64,000 nt of DNA. Origin: Azolla caroliniana (taxonomy: Eukaryota > Plantae > Polypodiophyta). The stretch is taken from the NCBI GenBank assembly GCA_043228905.1, contig JBHGNT010000004.1:21452001-21516000 (forward strand), given 5' to 3'. Positions 21,801 through 33,860 of the stretch are shown one piece after another. The number at the start of each line of letters is the position of its first letter. Position 1 is the first letter of the stretch. A model generated the notes under the pieces. That model had not been told where the DNA came from and ran no database searches. It was given only the letters and a program-made list of their open reading frames with translations. Made by a program: the position numbers and the translations under genes.

Positions 21801-23585
21801 GAAATCTTGGAATTCTTGATACTTGGTTGGAAGAAAGGTACTCGACTTTTGTTGAGTTGATATTGGCATTGTTATTATTGCAAATATAAACATTTCTTCT
21901 TTCTCTCCCTCTTTGCGTAAGTTTTCCAAAGATATTGTTGAGATCTAATGGCATTCTAAATTTGGGTTATAAGTAATAGGGAAATCTGATATATGGTTTT
22001 TCTTGGATTCTAGGATAACTCGTTTTCTCCAATCAATCTGGGGGGTTGTGAAGCTCAAACCAAGGTAGACCAAGGACAATCGGATGCTCCGGACTATGTA
22101 TGATATTGAATGAGATGACACAAGCTAAATCACCAAGAACTACACGAACTCATTCAGACTCTTCAGTTATATATCCAAAGGCAATGGGTCGACCATCTAT
22201 TACTGTGACTGATACTGGACAATGCAATGGTTTTAATAAGATATTATGTGTCAAAGCAAAATTCCGGTCCATGAAACAAGAGTTGGCTCTGGAATCTAAG
22301 AGGGCATATGCGAATACCTGATGACATCTAGAGGTACTAAGCTCGACATGTGCAACAAAAACCCTATTAACTTGGTTCGATGAAATGGAACCATTACTAT
22401 GGACTGACTCTACAAATTCTGGGTTATCCAACCAAATGGCTCCTATTTTGGTTGGATTTACTCGTTTAACACATCGTCTTGTTGGCTAAGTACTTCAAAA
22501 CAATTTGAAGGTGTAGGGCTATTAGGATTGCTAGATGTATTTGGAGAATCGAGATCCAATTTAGTACGAGCACTTACTTGGTAAACTTGACGCCTAGGTT
22601 GATGGGGACAACTTATCGCTATATGTCCTGGACCACCACAATATAAACATAGGCGGTTCGCCCAACGTCTCTGCTTTTCAGCTTCTGGTAAAGGTCCCCG
22701 ACGACGTGTAGAATCAATTTCCATTGGAGTAGGACCACTTATTGGGCTAGAAATAGGAACCTGCATAGTTCCAGATGTAGGTAGTGATGTTACTGATGCA
22801 TATGTCTGCTCTGATCAAGGTCGAGACCATTGTTGACGCTCAGAGTGTCACTCGAATAATCGATTGTCACATCGTATAGCTCGACTAATCGCCTCAATAA
22901 GAGATTTTGGATCTTCATGAAAAGTGAGAAGCAAGTCTTTCACATCATTATGAAGTCTGTGACGAAATTGATCCATCAATGCCTCTTCGTCCCAAGGAAT
23001 GTCACATGCAAGAAGGCGAAAATCAGCCGCATAGGTTGAGGCTGGGCGATCCCCTTGTCGCAACCTTCGAATCTTATTAATAGTTGTTCTCATGCTATCG
23101 GTATCTCCAAAACAAGCTTGGAACTCTTTAATAAACTCATCAAAATTATCCAAAATAGGGCACTTTTTCTCAAGTAACGGTGCAAACCAAGCCAATGTTG
23201 TACCAGTTGATAGAGTTCTGACCAACCCTACTCGTGCCGAATCTGTTGGATATCGAGTGGGATGCATTTGAAATACTAGAAGTACCTGATTTAGAAATCC
23301 TCGAAATTGTGATCGAGTACCATCAAACTTTGATGGGAGACTTATCTTGGGTTCTTTTGTCGAATTTGGTGCTTGTAATGCTTGTTATCGCAATGTTATT
23401 AATGTCGCTTCAAGTTGGTGAACCCTTTGAGTTAATTCCTCTTGTTGTTGAGCTTTTTAGACATTCACTTGTTGTAAATCCCCGAGCAGCCTTTGATTCT
23501 CTTGCTCCAAGGCCATGAACTTGGTGTTCAAGTGTTCAAGTTCACCTAGAACGCGCATATATTCTTGTTCACTTATTGTTGCCAT
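18809..23585 (-). pseudogene. gag / PR-RT-RH-INT-chromodomain polyprotein of chromovirus 2 (disrupted)
   Basis: Knuckle CLYCGGPGHIAISC; PR ALLDSRANSCF; [15 protein letters not shown]...YLDDILIF; RH EADASDFALG...YEIHDKELLAI; INT HDMPMAGHFG...ISMDFITDLP; C-terminal chromodomain YEVKSILD...YFVDWLGY...TWE...NL. Confidence 0.93.
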
Positions 23586-24074
23586 GGTTATGAGAAGATA
23601 GGATGAGAGGTTCCTTGGAAAAAAATATTACAATGAAGAAGATTAGGGATTCCGGTTCAAACTGTCAGGGCCGTAGCCAAAGACAAGTTTAAAATGAAGA
23701 AAACAATGAGAAATAGAAAATAAGAGAGTAATGAGAGAGAAATAAGATATTGAAAATGTATTAGCAATGAGAACAAGGGTTACAATAGCAATGAGAACAA
23801 GGGTTACAAGAGTACGCCGAAGGCTGGCATTGAACCGGAATGGTTCATCAATAGTTCGCTCTATGTTTATATAGCATGCTTTGGATACATGCATGTTCGC
23901 CACCTCATACGCACGCATGCTCACCATTTATCATTCATGCAAGCATGCCACTTGGCATTCATGCAAGCATGACACTTGGTAATCATGTGTTAGCCTATGC
24001 GGTGGCAACGTTTCATACTATTAGATATGTTTCTTCCTGATCTAATAGAAGAATTTACAAATACATTTAATAAA

Positions 24075-24211
24075 TGTAATATGTTGTATCCTATTGGTTG
24101 AAGTTACACATCCTCTTTGAAGAGGTCATGGGTTCGAGTCCTTATTACAAGTCTTGGAGTTTTGGTGAGGTCATGGGTTCGAATCCTTATTACACGTCTT
24201 GGAGTTTTGGT
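24075..24211 (+). ncRNA. tRNA-like Pol III cassette in the chromovirus 2 5' LTR, with a duplicated B-box half
   Basis: A box 24087-24097; B boxes 24131-24141 and 24176-24186 (45-bp tandem duplication 24122-24211). Confidence 0.55.
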
Positions 24212-24946
24212 ATATGTTCATGACAGAGGCTGGACGATCGCCTTGACGCAATCGTCGGATTTTGTTGATCGTCGTCCTGATGATGTCGTCATCTCCAAAG
24301 CAGGCTTTAAACTCGCTAATAAAGTCTTCAAAGTTATTAAGCAAGGGAGATTGTTTTTCCAAAAGCAGAGCGAACCATGCCAAGGTTGAGCCGCTAAGCA
24401 ACGTGCCTATTAGGCCTACTCAGGATGCATCAGTGGGGTATCGGGAAGGATGCATTTGCATGACTAAGCGTACCTGATTAAGGATTACTCTGAATTGTGA
24501 GCGCGTTCCATCGAATTTCACAGGAAGACCAATCTTGGGCTCTTTATGAAGTCCTTGGGGACTTGATCCTTGTTGTTGTAATGCTACGATGGTTGCTTCG
24601 AGTTGTTGTACGCATAACGCTAACTCCCCATGTTGTTGCTGCATTTGCTATTTTTCTAAAGCAATTTGTTGAAATCCCCTAACAATCATTGGTTTTCTTG
24701 TTCCAATGCAACGAATTTTTCTCTTAGACATTGTAGCTCAGAAAAAACGGATTGATATTCTTGGGCGCTAACAGAAGCCATAGTATTGGAAAAAGGGGTA
24801 AGAGGATGAGGGAAACCGAAAAGAAGACCAGAGAGAAAATTTGGTTCAAACTGTCAAGAATAGTACTAAAACAGAGAGAGAATTAGTACTAGAGAAGGGA
24901 AGTATTATTAGTACGAAGAGGACGGACTACGTAAGACTCACGAGAG

Positions 24947-25882
24947 AGATAGATAGATAGATTGATAGATTATATTATCGTCTTCGGAGATCAAATATGA
25001 CCTATGAGACCAAAAATATTACATTTCACGTGATACGTGTGAAAGTGAGTAGTGACTCTCGATGTTCAAGAACTTTACCAATGAATGTTGCAATCGAGAG
25101 TGCACATTGTGGTTGTGAGAGGAATTCATGCAAAGATTGGGCTCGATCGAAGAGATGTGGAAAGCATGGTCGAATATGATCAAAGGCAGAGCATTGTATC
25201 AAAGTGTGATACTCAGACTCGCGAACTTGTTTAGGGCAAAGTGTGCATAACCGACCACTCTCATCACTTGTACCCCAACGCCCTGTTTCACATCGCAATG
25301 CATGTGAGCTAAGTCGCATGGAAGCAATGGTTCGAATGGCAGATACCGGTATGGGCTCTAACATGTATGGATGTGTACGATTTCCCCGTTCCGCAAAGAA
25401 TATGGTTTTGTAGTTAGGTGCAACATGTGTAGTATAATGTGTGAAGCGTGAGCCTCCACATTTGTCCCATGTCATGATACATTGGCGTTGCAAAAATGCC
25501 TCATTTACAGAGGAATCTAATGATGCATCATGAAGCAAGTGTCTCGCATCCCATCTACCAAACCATTTTTCTAAATCTTGCATCCAACCGGAACACAAAA
25601 TTTTGCTTTTATGCGTCTTTTGGATCTTTTTGCTTGCTTCCCACGCAATTCTAGGAAGTCGATGTGAGGGACTTTTTTGAACCTTAAGCATGTATTCAAC
25701 AACCCTTTCCATGGCCATCATCTCAATGGGAAGCGATCCCGTCTCAAGGAGGAGGGTGTAGGGCGTTTGTTTCTTAACTTGTAGAAACTTGGTAAGAAAA
25801 TGCTTTTGGACATTTTCAAACTCTTTCCACATAGACTTAGGGATGCTACCGCCCCATACTTCCACCCCATAGAGAAGAACTG

Positions 25883-25884
<2 letters not shown>
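24947..25884 (-). mobile_element. 5'-truncated RTE-X-like non-LTR retrotransposon inserted in an (AG)n tract of the chromovirus 1 LTR
   Basis: ORF 25026..25865 has PVLLYGVEVWG...ETGSLPIE and C-terminal RLSSHALRCETGRW...RLCTLC...ESEYHTLIQC, motifs of the RTE-X type. The 3' tail is (ATCT)n. Flanked by AG repeats. Confidence 0.8.
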
Positions 25885-25922
<38 letters not shown>

Positions 25923-26129
25923 TAGATGATATATTATGTGAAGAGTAAGTACAAATGGCTATGAGGCTTAAGACTGACGTTGAACCAATTTGGTTAGAAA
26001 TAATTCCTTGTGCTTCTTTTTATAGTGTTCTCAAGAATAGTCCTGAAGCTTCTAGAATGTTCCACAGAAATCTGGAATATATAATAATTTTCTATAGTAA
26101 AACTTAAATGAAAATAATATACTACGTAT

Positions 26130-26200
26130 TATAATAGATAATGTAATGGTCAAGAGCTCGACCCATATAACATAAGGTTATGGGTTCGAGTCTTGCCATA
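26130..26200 (+). promoter_or_regulatory. Pol III A/B boxes in the chromovirus 1 LTR
   Basis: A box TAATGTAATGG 26139-26149 and B box GGTTCGAGTCT 26183-26193, 33 nt apart. Confidence 0.5.
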
Positions 26201-26208
26201 TCATGACA

Positions 26209-27770
26209 ATAGCCATGTACTCGGCTTCCGTGGTTGACAACGCCACGACCTTCTACAGCCTCGACTGCCATGAGACAACTCCCCCTACATAAGTCATTAC
26301 ATATCTGGATGTGGATTGGTTGGTATCCATATCGGCCGACATGTCTGAATCAGTATAACCTAAGTCCAATATAGGGTTACCTGAGCCGAATCGGAGGCAC
26401 ACGCTCGAGGTGCCTCTCAGATACCAAAGCATCCATTTCACTACATCCCAATGCTCTCTTCCGAGATTTTCTCTCTTCAGAGATTTTGCTCATATATCGG
26501 CTAATGACTCTGACTGCATAGACAATGTCCGACCTAGTGCAAACCATTGCATACATTAGGCTTCCGACCGCTAAGGCATATGGGATCTTGTTCATCTGAG
26601 CTTTCTCCGTTTTCATCTTTGGACATTAACTTCCGGACAACTTACTGTTTGTCGGTAATGTCGAACCGACCGGTTTCACATTTTGCATGTTGAACCTCTA
26701 GAACACCTTTGTCACATATTTCTCCCGTGACAACCATAATAGCTTCTTTGTCTGTTCTCGGACAATGTGCATACCCAATATATGCTTTGCCAAACCCATA
26801 TCCTTCATCGCAAATGACTTGCTCAGGACCTCCTTTACACTTCCGATTTTCTTTGGGTCTTGTCCTACAATTAACATGTCATGAACATACAACAAGACGA
26901 TGAGAAAGTCTCCTCCATCATATTTCTTAGCAAAGACACAGATCGGCTTGTGTCTTGTTGAAACTATGATCCACCATGATGGATTCGAACTTTCGGTACC
27001 AATGTCAGGGAGCCTGCTTCAGTCCATACAACCTTTTACACCAGGTTCTCTTTCCCTTTCTCTTCGAATCCTTCTAACTGCTGCATGTAGATTTCTTCCT
27101 CTAAATCTCCATGCAGGAAAGTCGTTTTGACATCCAATTTGTTAGACTTCTAAGTCCATGCTGGCCGCAATGCTCAACATCGTCCGTATGGATGTCATCT
27201 TCACTACCGGGGCAAAAATTTCGTCGAAATCTACACCCTGCTTCTGCTGAAAGCCTTTAACAACATTCGGGCTTTGTACTTAGGTGGATTCCCGCCATCT
27301 CCCAGTTTCAATTTATATACCCACTTGTTTCGGAGTGACTTCTTTCCTCTCAGCAACTCCGTCAGCTCGTACGTGTGGTTCTCATGCAAGGAATCCATCT
27401 CGTCTTGCATGGCACTCAACTACTTTCGGTTGTGGGTATTGTCTTTAGCTTCCTCGAAGCTTTCCGGTTCCCCCTCATCGGTTAACAATATATATTCTTT
27501 ATCAGAAATCTCTGGGGGGCCTTTCTCTCTCTCAGAGGGTATCTCCTGCCTCCATTCGCGCAGTCAACTCTTGTCTGATTTCTTCAGTCAGCTCTTCTTC
27601 TGAATCAGATTCAGATTCTCATTTGGCCGATTGTCTTCTTTCGATCAGTTCTCCTTGTTTCTCAATCGGCTCTCAACTTTGCCAATTATTTACTTGGTCG
27701 ACTGATTCATATTCGATTTCGATCGAATCAACCGATGTTCGATTCAGGCGAACATCAACTCGGCTCGAAT
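26209..27770 (-). pseudogene. Copia (Tnt1/Tork-like) RT-RNase H fragment, bottom layer of the nest
   Basis: AMQDEMDSLHENHTYEL...NKWVYKLK; LYVHDMLIVG; IPYALAVGSLMYAMVCTR; YTDSDM...VSWQSRL*KVVALSTTEAEYMA, cut by the chromovirus LTR at 26208. Confidence 0.88.
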
Positions 27771-30700
27771 CGGCAGAAAATTTTTTAAAAAAATTAAGCC
27801 ATTTAATTGCGGTTTCTAATTATTAAAACTGAACCGAACTGTTTAAACCGTTAAGCCGCGATTTTGCGGTTTTGCGGTTCGTTTCGGTTCAACCTGTTGC
27901 CGACTGTTACTTGTAATGCTCTTTCGGGTTCCTTATAATATGTTTGCCTTGTAATGATATTAAAATATCACCAATCGTCATCTCATTTAAATTAACTTAG
28001 AGTTAGTACATTGAATCTCTTTAAAATTATTGGAGTGGTTATGTTTTATTATGAATGTCCTAACATGCAAGCTTTGAGATGTTGAGATGATAAAAACCGT
28101 ATTTAATTAAATAAAAGGGAGTGAAGACAATATTTTCCCTTCAAAATATCAATTGTAAATTACTTGGAAATTCAAGCTAAATTGTATGGCCCATGCATGA
28201 TGTTTTTTGAGGTTTCCTTTGGATTTTACGTCTAATGTTTAGATGTTTGTCAAGATCAAGTAAAGATTGAAAGCACAAAAATTATGCTTCATGATTATGC
28301 AAATGGGTAATGATTTGGATTCATTATTTTATGTTATGGTTCAAATGATTGACTAGTCAAGCAAATGGATAACTTATTTTGTTTGGAATAATGTTTGCTT
28401 ATATAGTTCTCTACGTTATCAAATCTTATTCAAGGATTGTTGGAACATATTTTACGTAGTTTGACTCTTGTAGTTATAGACACCATCTTAGAATAAGTTG
28501 AAAGTGAAAGCATTAAGCTTGACACTTCAAAGGAATAATTATTTGGATTAACGTTTGAGGTTATGGTCAACTTTACTAAACAATGTCATGACTCATGACT
28601 AGTCAAGCCAATGGTTGAGTAATACATGCAAGTGTGCAAGTAGTCCCCATTTTCCCTTGTTGAATGGTGCGAATCCATTTTCGTTCATTTCGATCACAAT
28701 TACATTGGCTTGTTGCAAGTGGATTTTTGGCCCTTCGAAAGTGTCGTATTGATCATGTTTCTTCTCTCTCTCAGAGGGTATTGTTATTGTCAACAATTTG
28801 ATTCGATACCAAATACTTCTTGGTTGCCCTTAATTTCTTGCTTTAGCCTTTCATTTCTCCAAACCTTAGTACAAGATGCTACAACAAACAAAAAACATGT
28901 TCAATTAGAATATTTTGGCCTTTGCTCCGAATGTTATTAAATAAGGAAGAAGGGCCAAGTGAGGCAACCATAAAGATATTTATTTGAATCACTTGATGTG
29001 GGGAACTCTCGAATTTGGTTATGGGAAGGAGAGTTTAGGGTTACTAGAGTGTAACAAAGATCACAACTCCTTGTAAAACGTTATCTCCTAGATTGATGAC
29101 CTCAACATGATCCATCATTTCAATTATTTTTCATGTCATGATTTATCTATGTTTGAAAATATATTTGAATACATGTCTTTTTAATTATTCAATCTTGTGA
29201 GCATCTATTATTCAATTATCCCCTTTGAAACGTTCCCGTCCACCTTATGATATTTCTTCAACTTTAATGGTTTTGAGTTGAATACGACGAGTTTCAATTA
29301 GTGTTGAAATAGGAATGGTATTAGGTCATTATGTATAGAACTTATGAAGGCTATGATTCTTGTATATATTCAATGTACTTGTAGAGCAATTAATATTGCT
29401 ATTTAATCACCCTCTTACGTTATCAAACTAAATTGTATTTACAATTCTTTTGGGCAATGGGGTTGATTTTTTAGTACATATCTCTATTAAATAAGTGCAT
29501 CATAAAAACATTGGGTATTTAGGTGAAGCTAATGTTTTTAAAGCATATATAAATATTTTATACATTTTATTTCTTGATGTTGCCTAAAGGGCAATCCTAT
29601 CATTTTCAAGACTAGTATTATGGAATAAATGTCAATGTTCTAAAGATATTTTTTAAAACAAACTATTAGGATGCATGATTTCAAGCTCAAATGATGTAGA
29701 GTTTCTGGCAACATCCAATGGTGCAATGCACATATGCCTAATCTACTTCTCATACAATGTATGCATGTGTATGTGTATAATGATTAAATGAACAACTTGT
29801 AAAGTTAGATGCTTTCATATTTGTTGTTTCATGTGATAAATTGTTTTGATGTTAGTTTTCATCAATGATCGTTTATTTATATTTACTAAACAGAAATTTT
29901 TATTTTTTTTGAAGTGTACTTGCCAAATGCTACCCATTCCATTATATTTGTCAAATGCCAACTCTTTGTTCTTTTAATTCGAGAACGTTAATATATTGTT
30001 ATTAAGAGAGTAATCAACATATGGATACAATTAATTCAATAATGGGATGTTATCAAGAGAGTAACCATGTTTTGATTAAGAAGCTTGCCATAAATTTCTT
30101 ATGTGCTTAATAGTTGATTAATTAGTGGCTTGAACATTCTTTTGCAAGCAAGATTGTAGGATGCCCCTCATGAACCTCACTAACATTCTCCCATTTGGAT
30201 TCATCATCAAGTAAATATTTGTTTTCTTTAATATAGTTTTTCTTTCTCAAAAGGAAGCAAGCTTGTAGGATGCCTCTCACGAATCTCACTTACATTCTCC
30301 CATTTGGATTTAGCGGTAAATCTTCCCATTTCACCTTAACTTCTTACCTCCACACTATGCCAAAGTACTATTTTTATTTGTAAATTTGGAAACCTATTGG
30401 ATCAAGGTAAAAATAACGTGATTGCCAAATGTACATTCTTTATGCATAATTTTTTTATTTAAATGACTTGCTTGGAAATTTGAAAACACATAACTATTGC
30501 ATTCTTATGGACCCTATGTTCTTAAAGGCAGAAAAGGGCCCACAATAATGCAATGTCAGAGACTTTGAATCCTCAAGGACTTGTAGGAAGACAAGCTTGC
30601 ATTATTTAAAAGTGACTTGGTACCTATTCTCATTCTCATCACTGTAATAATAGCCCTCAATCTCCTAGACATTCTCATGCTCAAAGGTCTTGGCATTAAG

Positions 30701-32159
30701 GGAAGGTCTTCAAAACAATTTAAGGGAGATAGTCTCCTAACCATCATCACCTCAACGTGGGAAGATTGATCGCCTACCTCCATATCTAGTGTCATCATGT
30801 TTTGGTGCAAGAACTTTACGATATTTTGATTTGAGGGAGAATTAAAATAATAATGATTGCCAACAAATATTTATATTGAGAAAAGAATGGTTCAAGGGTG
30901 TTTAACCACATTGACCACCCCTAAGAGAAGACAAGACATGAACTTAAAATACCATTTGATATCCCATAATACTGAAAATTGCATTGTGTTATACCTTGGA
31001 TGTTGATACGAACAAGTCTATATGAAGAGAGCGTTGCCTCACCAATAGAGTGTTGAGAATGTCTCAAGATGTTGTAATGAACGACATAGCTAGTCCCCTT
31101 TAGATAATCCAACGCCTTAGGCTCCGAATTTCCAAACTACCACATGTTATAGGCCCATATGAGTTTGTCCCAAGACCTTGGATAATTGGAACCACCGAAT
31201 ATTACTTGATGTTACGCCTTGGATGTTGATATGACTAAATTCGAAAGAAGAGAGCTTTGTTTCATTAATATAGTCTTGATAACATATCAAGATACCATAA
31301 ATACATTAGGGGATTAGCTAGTTCCCTCTATACATTGAATTTAAATTTAGAATTGGTCCTTAAGGTTAAGCCTATAACATATTTGTGCCGATATTTGCAC
31401 ACATGACTTACCACTGTAAGGCCCAAATTAATGTCTCACAACTAGGTTCTCTAATTTGGCAAAATGCCAACTCTCATTCGATAGAGTTAGATGTGTTTCT
31501 TTGAGCCTCCCCAATACCTTCTCATAATCAAATACATCTACAAATACTTTTGCGATATCATAGACAATCCACCCAATTTTGGAGTTATGAATTGTAACCT
31601 TATTGACCACTGGAAGACCTTGAATGAACTATCATCTATTTGGCCACGTCTCATTTGAAAAAATATGCCAATGGAGCATTGTTCCCATCTGAGAGCCAAT
31701 TATCCTTTAGTAGAGGAACTACCACAAGTTGATCTTTTGGTTGACAATCTTTTATTTTCTACCAATCGTTGCTTCTTCTCTTTGCAAAACCCTTTTCCCC
31801 ATTTCAATTATTGTAGCATATATGTTTGTTGAATTGACTGGGATAACCTCGCATTCAACTTCCTCTCGGGTAATGTATTCTTCTAGATCATTGATCATAT
31901 CACAGAAGGCAATTTACTCTATGGGCCTTGCAATTTCTTCATATTCTTCTAGTATTGAAGAAGATTGTAAAACATGTTGTATTTGTAGAAGCCTAATTTT
32001 ATTTTTTGCATTTATTGTTATTAATCTTGAATTCCCATTTTCCCAAAAGAATGTTTTAATATGTCATGGAGTCATCATACAATTAGGGTTTGCACAACCT
32101 AGACAATCATGCCCCCTCCCTATAATAGCCCTCTTCAATTATTTGCTTCACTTGGAGGA

Positions 32160-32940
32160 TGAAACGGAATTTCAGGAGGAGATTAAGAGAGTAGTGTCAT
32201 TATGTTTTAGTTTGGTATGTAAAGGTTTTGCTATGATATGGCGAGATGGTTGTTGTGGACGTCTGTGTGGAGTAGTCGATGACATGTTGGTTGGGGAAAA
32301 GGAAGCATGTCTCACTTTATTTTTTATTTATTTATTGTTTGTATAGGACTGCACAAATGGTTGATGTGGAAAACGAAGAAACTTGGAGAGGATGAGGATA
32401 GCACATTTCTGTAGAGGATGAGTGACGATGGTATAGGGGGATGAAGCATAATTTCATGAGAGTAATCTCATTCTGTTTTTTTGGTATAGGTTCTCGGTGG
32501 TATAAATCGAGATGGTTGTTATGGTCATTAAAGCAAATTCTATATTTTTTAAGGATGAGTGAATCATGGTGGTGTTGGGGGCTGAAGCAATGGTTTTATG
32601 AGGGGATGAGGATAGCACATTCACTCTATTTTTTGTTTGTACATGACGTCAATGGAAAACGAACAGACGGTTTATGTGGAAAATGAAGAAAATTGTAAAG
32701 GATGAGTGATGTTGGTGTCGGGGGAAGAAGCGGAATTTCATGAGGGGATTAAGAGAGTAGTGTCATTATGTTTTTTGTTTGGTATGTATAGGTTTTGCTA
32801 TGCTATGGCAAGATGGTTGCTGTGGACGTTTGTGGTAGTCGGTGACATGTTGGTTGGGGAAAAGGAAGCATGTTTTCTTTGTTTGATAAGGATGAGTGAT
32901 GACGTTGTTGGGCATTGAAGAAAACTTTTATGAGGGGACG
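32160..32940. repeat. Degenerate direct repeats (about 150-bp core at about 32161-32310 and 32728-32872, with partial copies between)
   Basis: Shared text ggaatttca..gag..gattaagagagtagtgtcattatgtttt...gacatgttggttggggaaaaggaagcatgt. Confidence 0.75.
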
Positions 32941-33089
32941 ACAAAAGTAGAAGCATTTTCTTTTGCATGTGTCTGTTGTATTCGGCGAAGTATATTCCGA
33001 ATTATTATATCCAAAAGACTGTGATTCAGAACTTCAACGGAATGCAAGTACACACATGTTGAAGGAAACAACTATAGGGTAGTAGGGAA

Positions 33090-33860
33090 AGTTTGGTTTG
33101 TACATATGCAACACCTACAGATTATGTTGTCTTTGTGCTTCCGAAAGCTTGTGCTAAACTGAAAGTTGTGGAAAATGGCCAACAAATACATGTACACCTA
33201 TTTGTGGAAATAGGGCAGTGGAGAGTAATGTTTTTTATTTAATGGATATGTATTCAAAAGCTGGTGGGATAGATCAAGGTAGAGATGTAGTCAATAAGGT
33301 CTCGTTTCGTGATGTGGTGCCATGGAAGGCATTAATAGCACAACTGGTCTTCATGATAGTTGGAAGGTTTACAACATATGCAATGTCAAGGGATCATCTC
33401 AAATGAATAGATGACATGTTGGATCACTTGAAAAAGCAAAAAGAGGAGCAACATGATGATGTGTTGATCAAGTCAAGAAGATGCAACTTCAACGAAATTC
33501 TGGAGATGAAGTCACATACATGAATTGTTTGTTATGCTTCCCGTTCGAAAGATAGTCATTACAGGATATACTTCCAATTCAAAACCAGGTTGAATCTTCT
33601 GTCACAGTTGTAGGTACTATAAAAGCTAAAGTTGCTTCTAGCATTGGAGCATTAGAAAAGGGCAGAGAAATGCATGTAAAGATTGAGGAGATGGGTAGGC
33701 TAAAGAGAAACCAAGACATGGGCAAGCTGAAGAGAAACCAGGTTGTTGGCAATGCATTGTTTGATCTATATGATACGTGTGGACTCTTACAGAAAGTACA
33801 TGAATTGTTGTAGAACTATTGCAGATGCTTCCATTTCGAAAGATAGTCTCCAGCAATGTT
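33090..33860 (+). pseudogene. PLS-class pentatricopeptide-repeat (PPR) pseudogene fragment
   Basis: VLPKACAKLKVVENGQQIHVH; LMDMYSKAGGIDQGRDVVNKVSFRDVVPWKALI; SIGALEKGREMHVKIEEMG...VVGNALFDLYDTCGLLQKVHE. Contains frameshifts and stops. Confidence 0.8.

Larger units (their letters stand above)
18299..24225 (-). mobile_element. Full-length Tcn1-like chromovirus 2 (5927 bp)
   Basis: LTRs at 18299-18816 and 23663-24225 (TGTCA...TGACA), TSD GAGGC (18294-18298 and 24226-24230), PPT at 18817-18830. Confidence 0.95.
17213..26208 (-). mobile_element. Tcn1-like chromovirus 1 (5' half: LTR 24852-26208, gag, protease); hosts chromovirus 2, an RTE-X LINE and the Tat-like element
   Basis: gag HKEPKIGLPVKFDGTRSQFR...RQGDRPAS|AYAADFR is split at the GAGGC TSD. 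Protease ALLDSRA in ORF 17160..17690. LTR ends TGTCAAG...CATGACA. Confidence 0.85.

Noticed and set aside
27790-27900. AACCG/CGGTT-rich inverted motifs suggesting a hAT/MITE end
   Set aside because: No terminal inverted repeat pair or TSD could be identified.
30144-30310. About 55-bp direct duplication
   Set aside because: Isolated local duplication in AT-rich spacer with no further structure.
31729-32346. 205-aa ORF
   Set aside because: No recognisable motifs; it runs into the degenerate repeat block.
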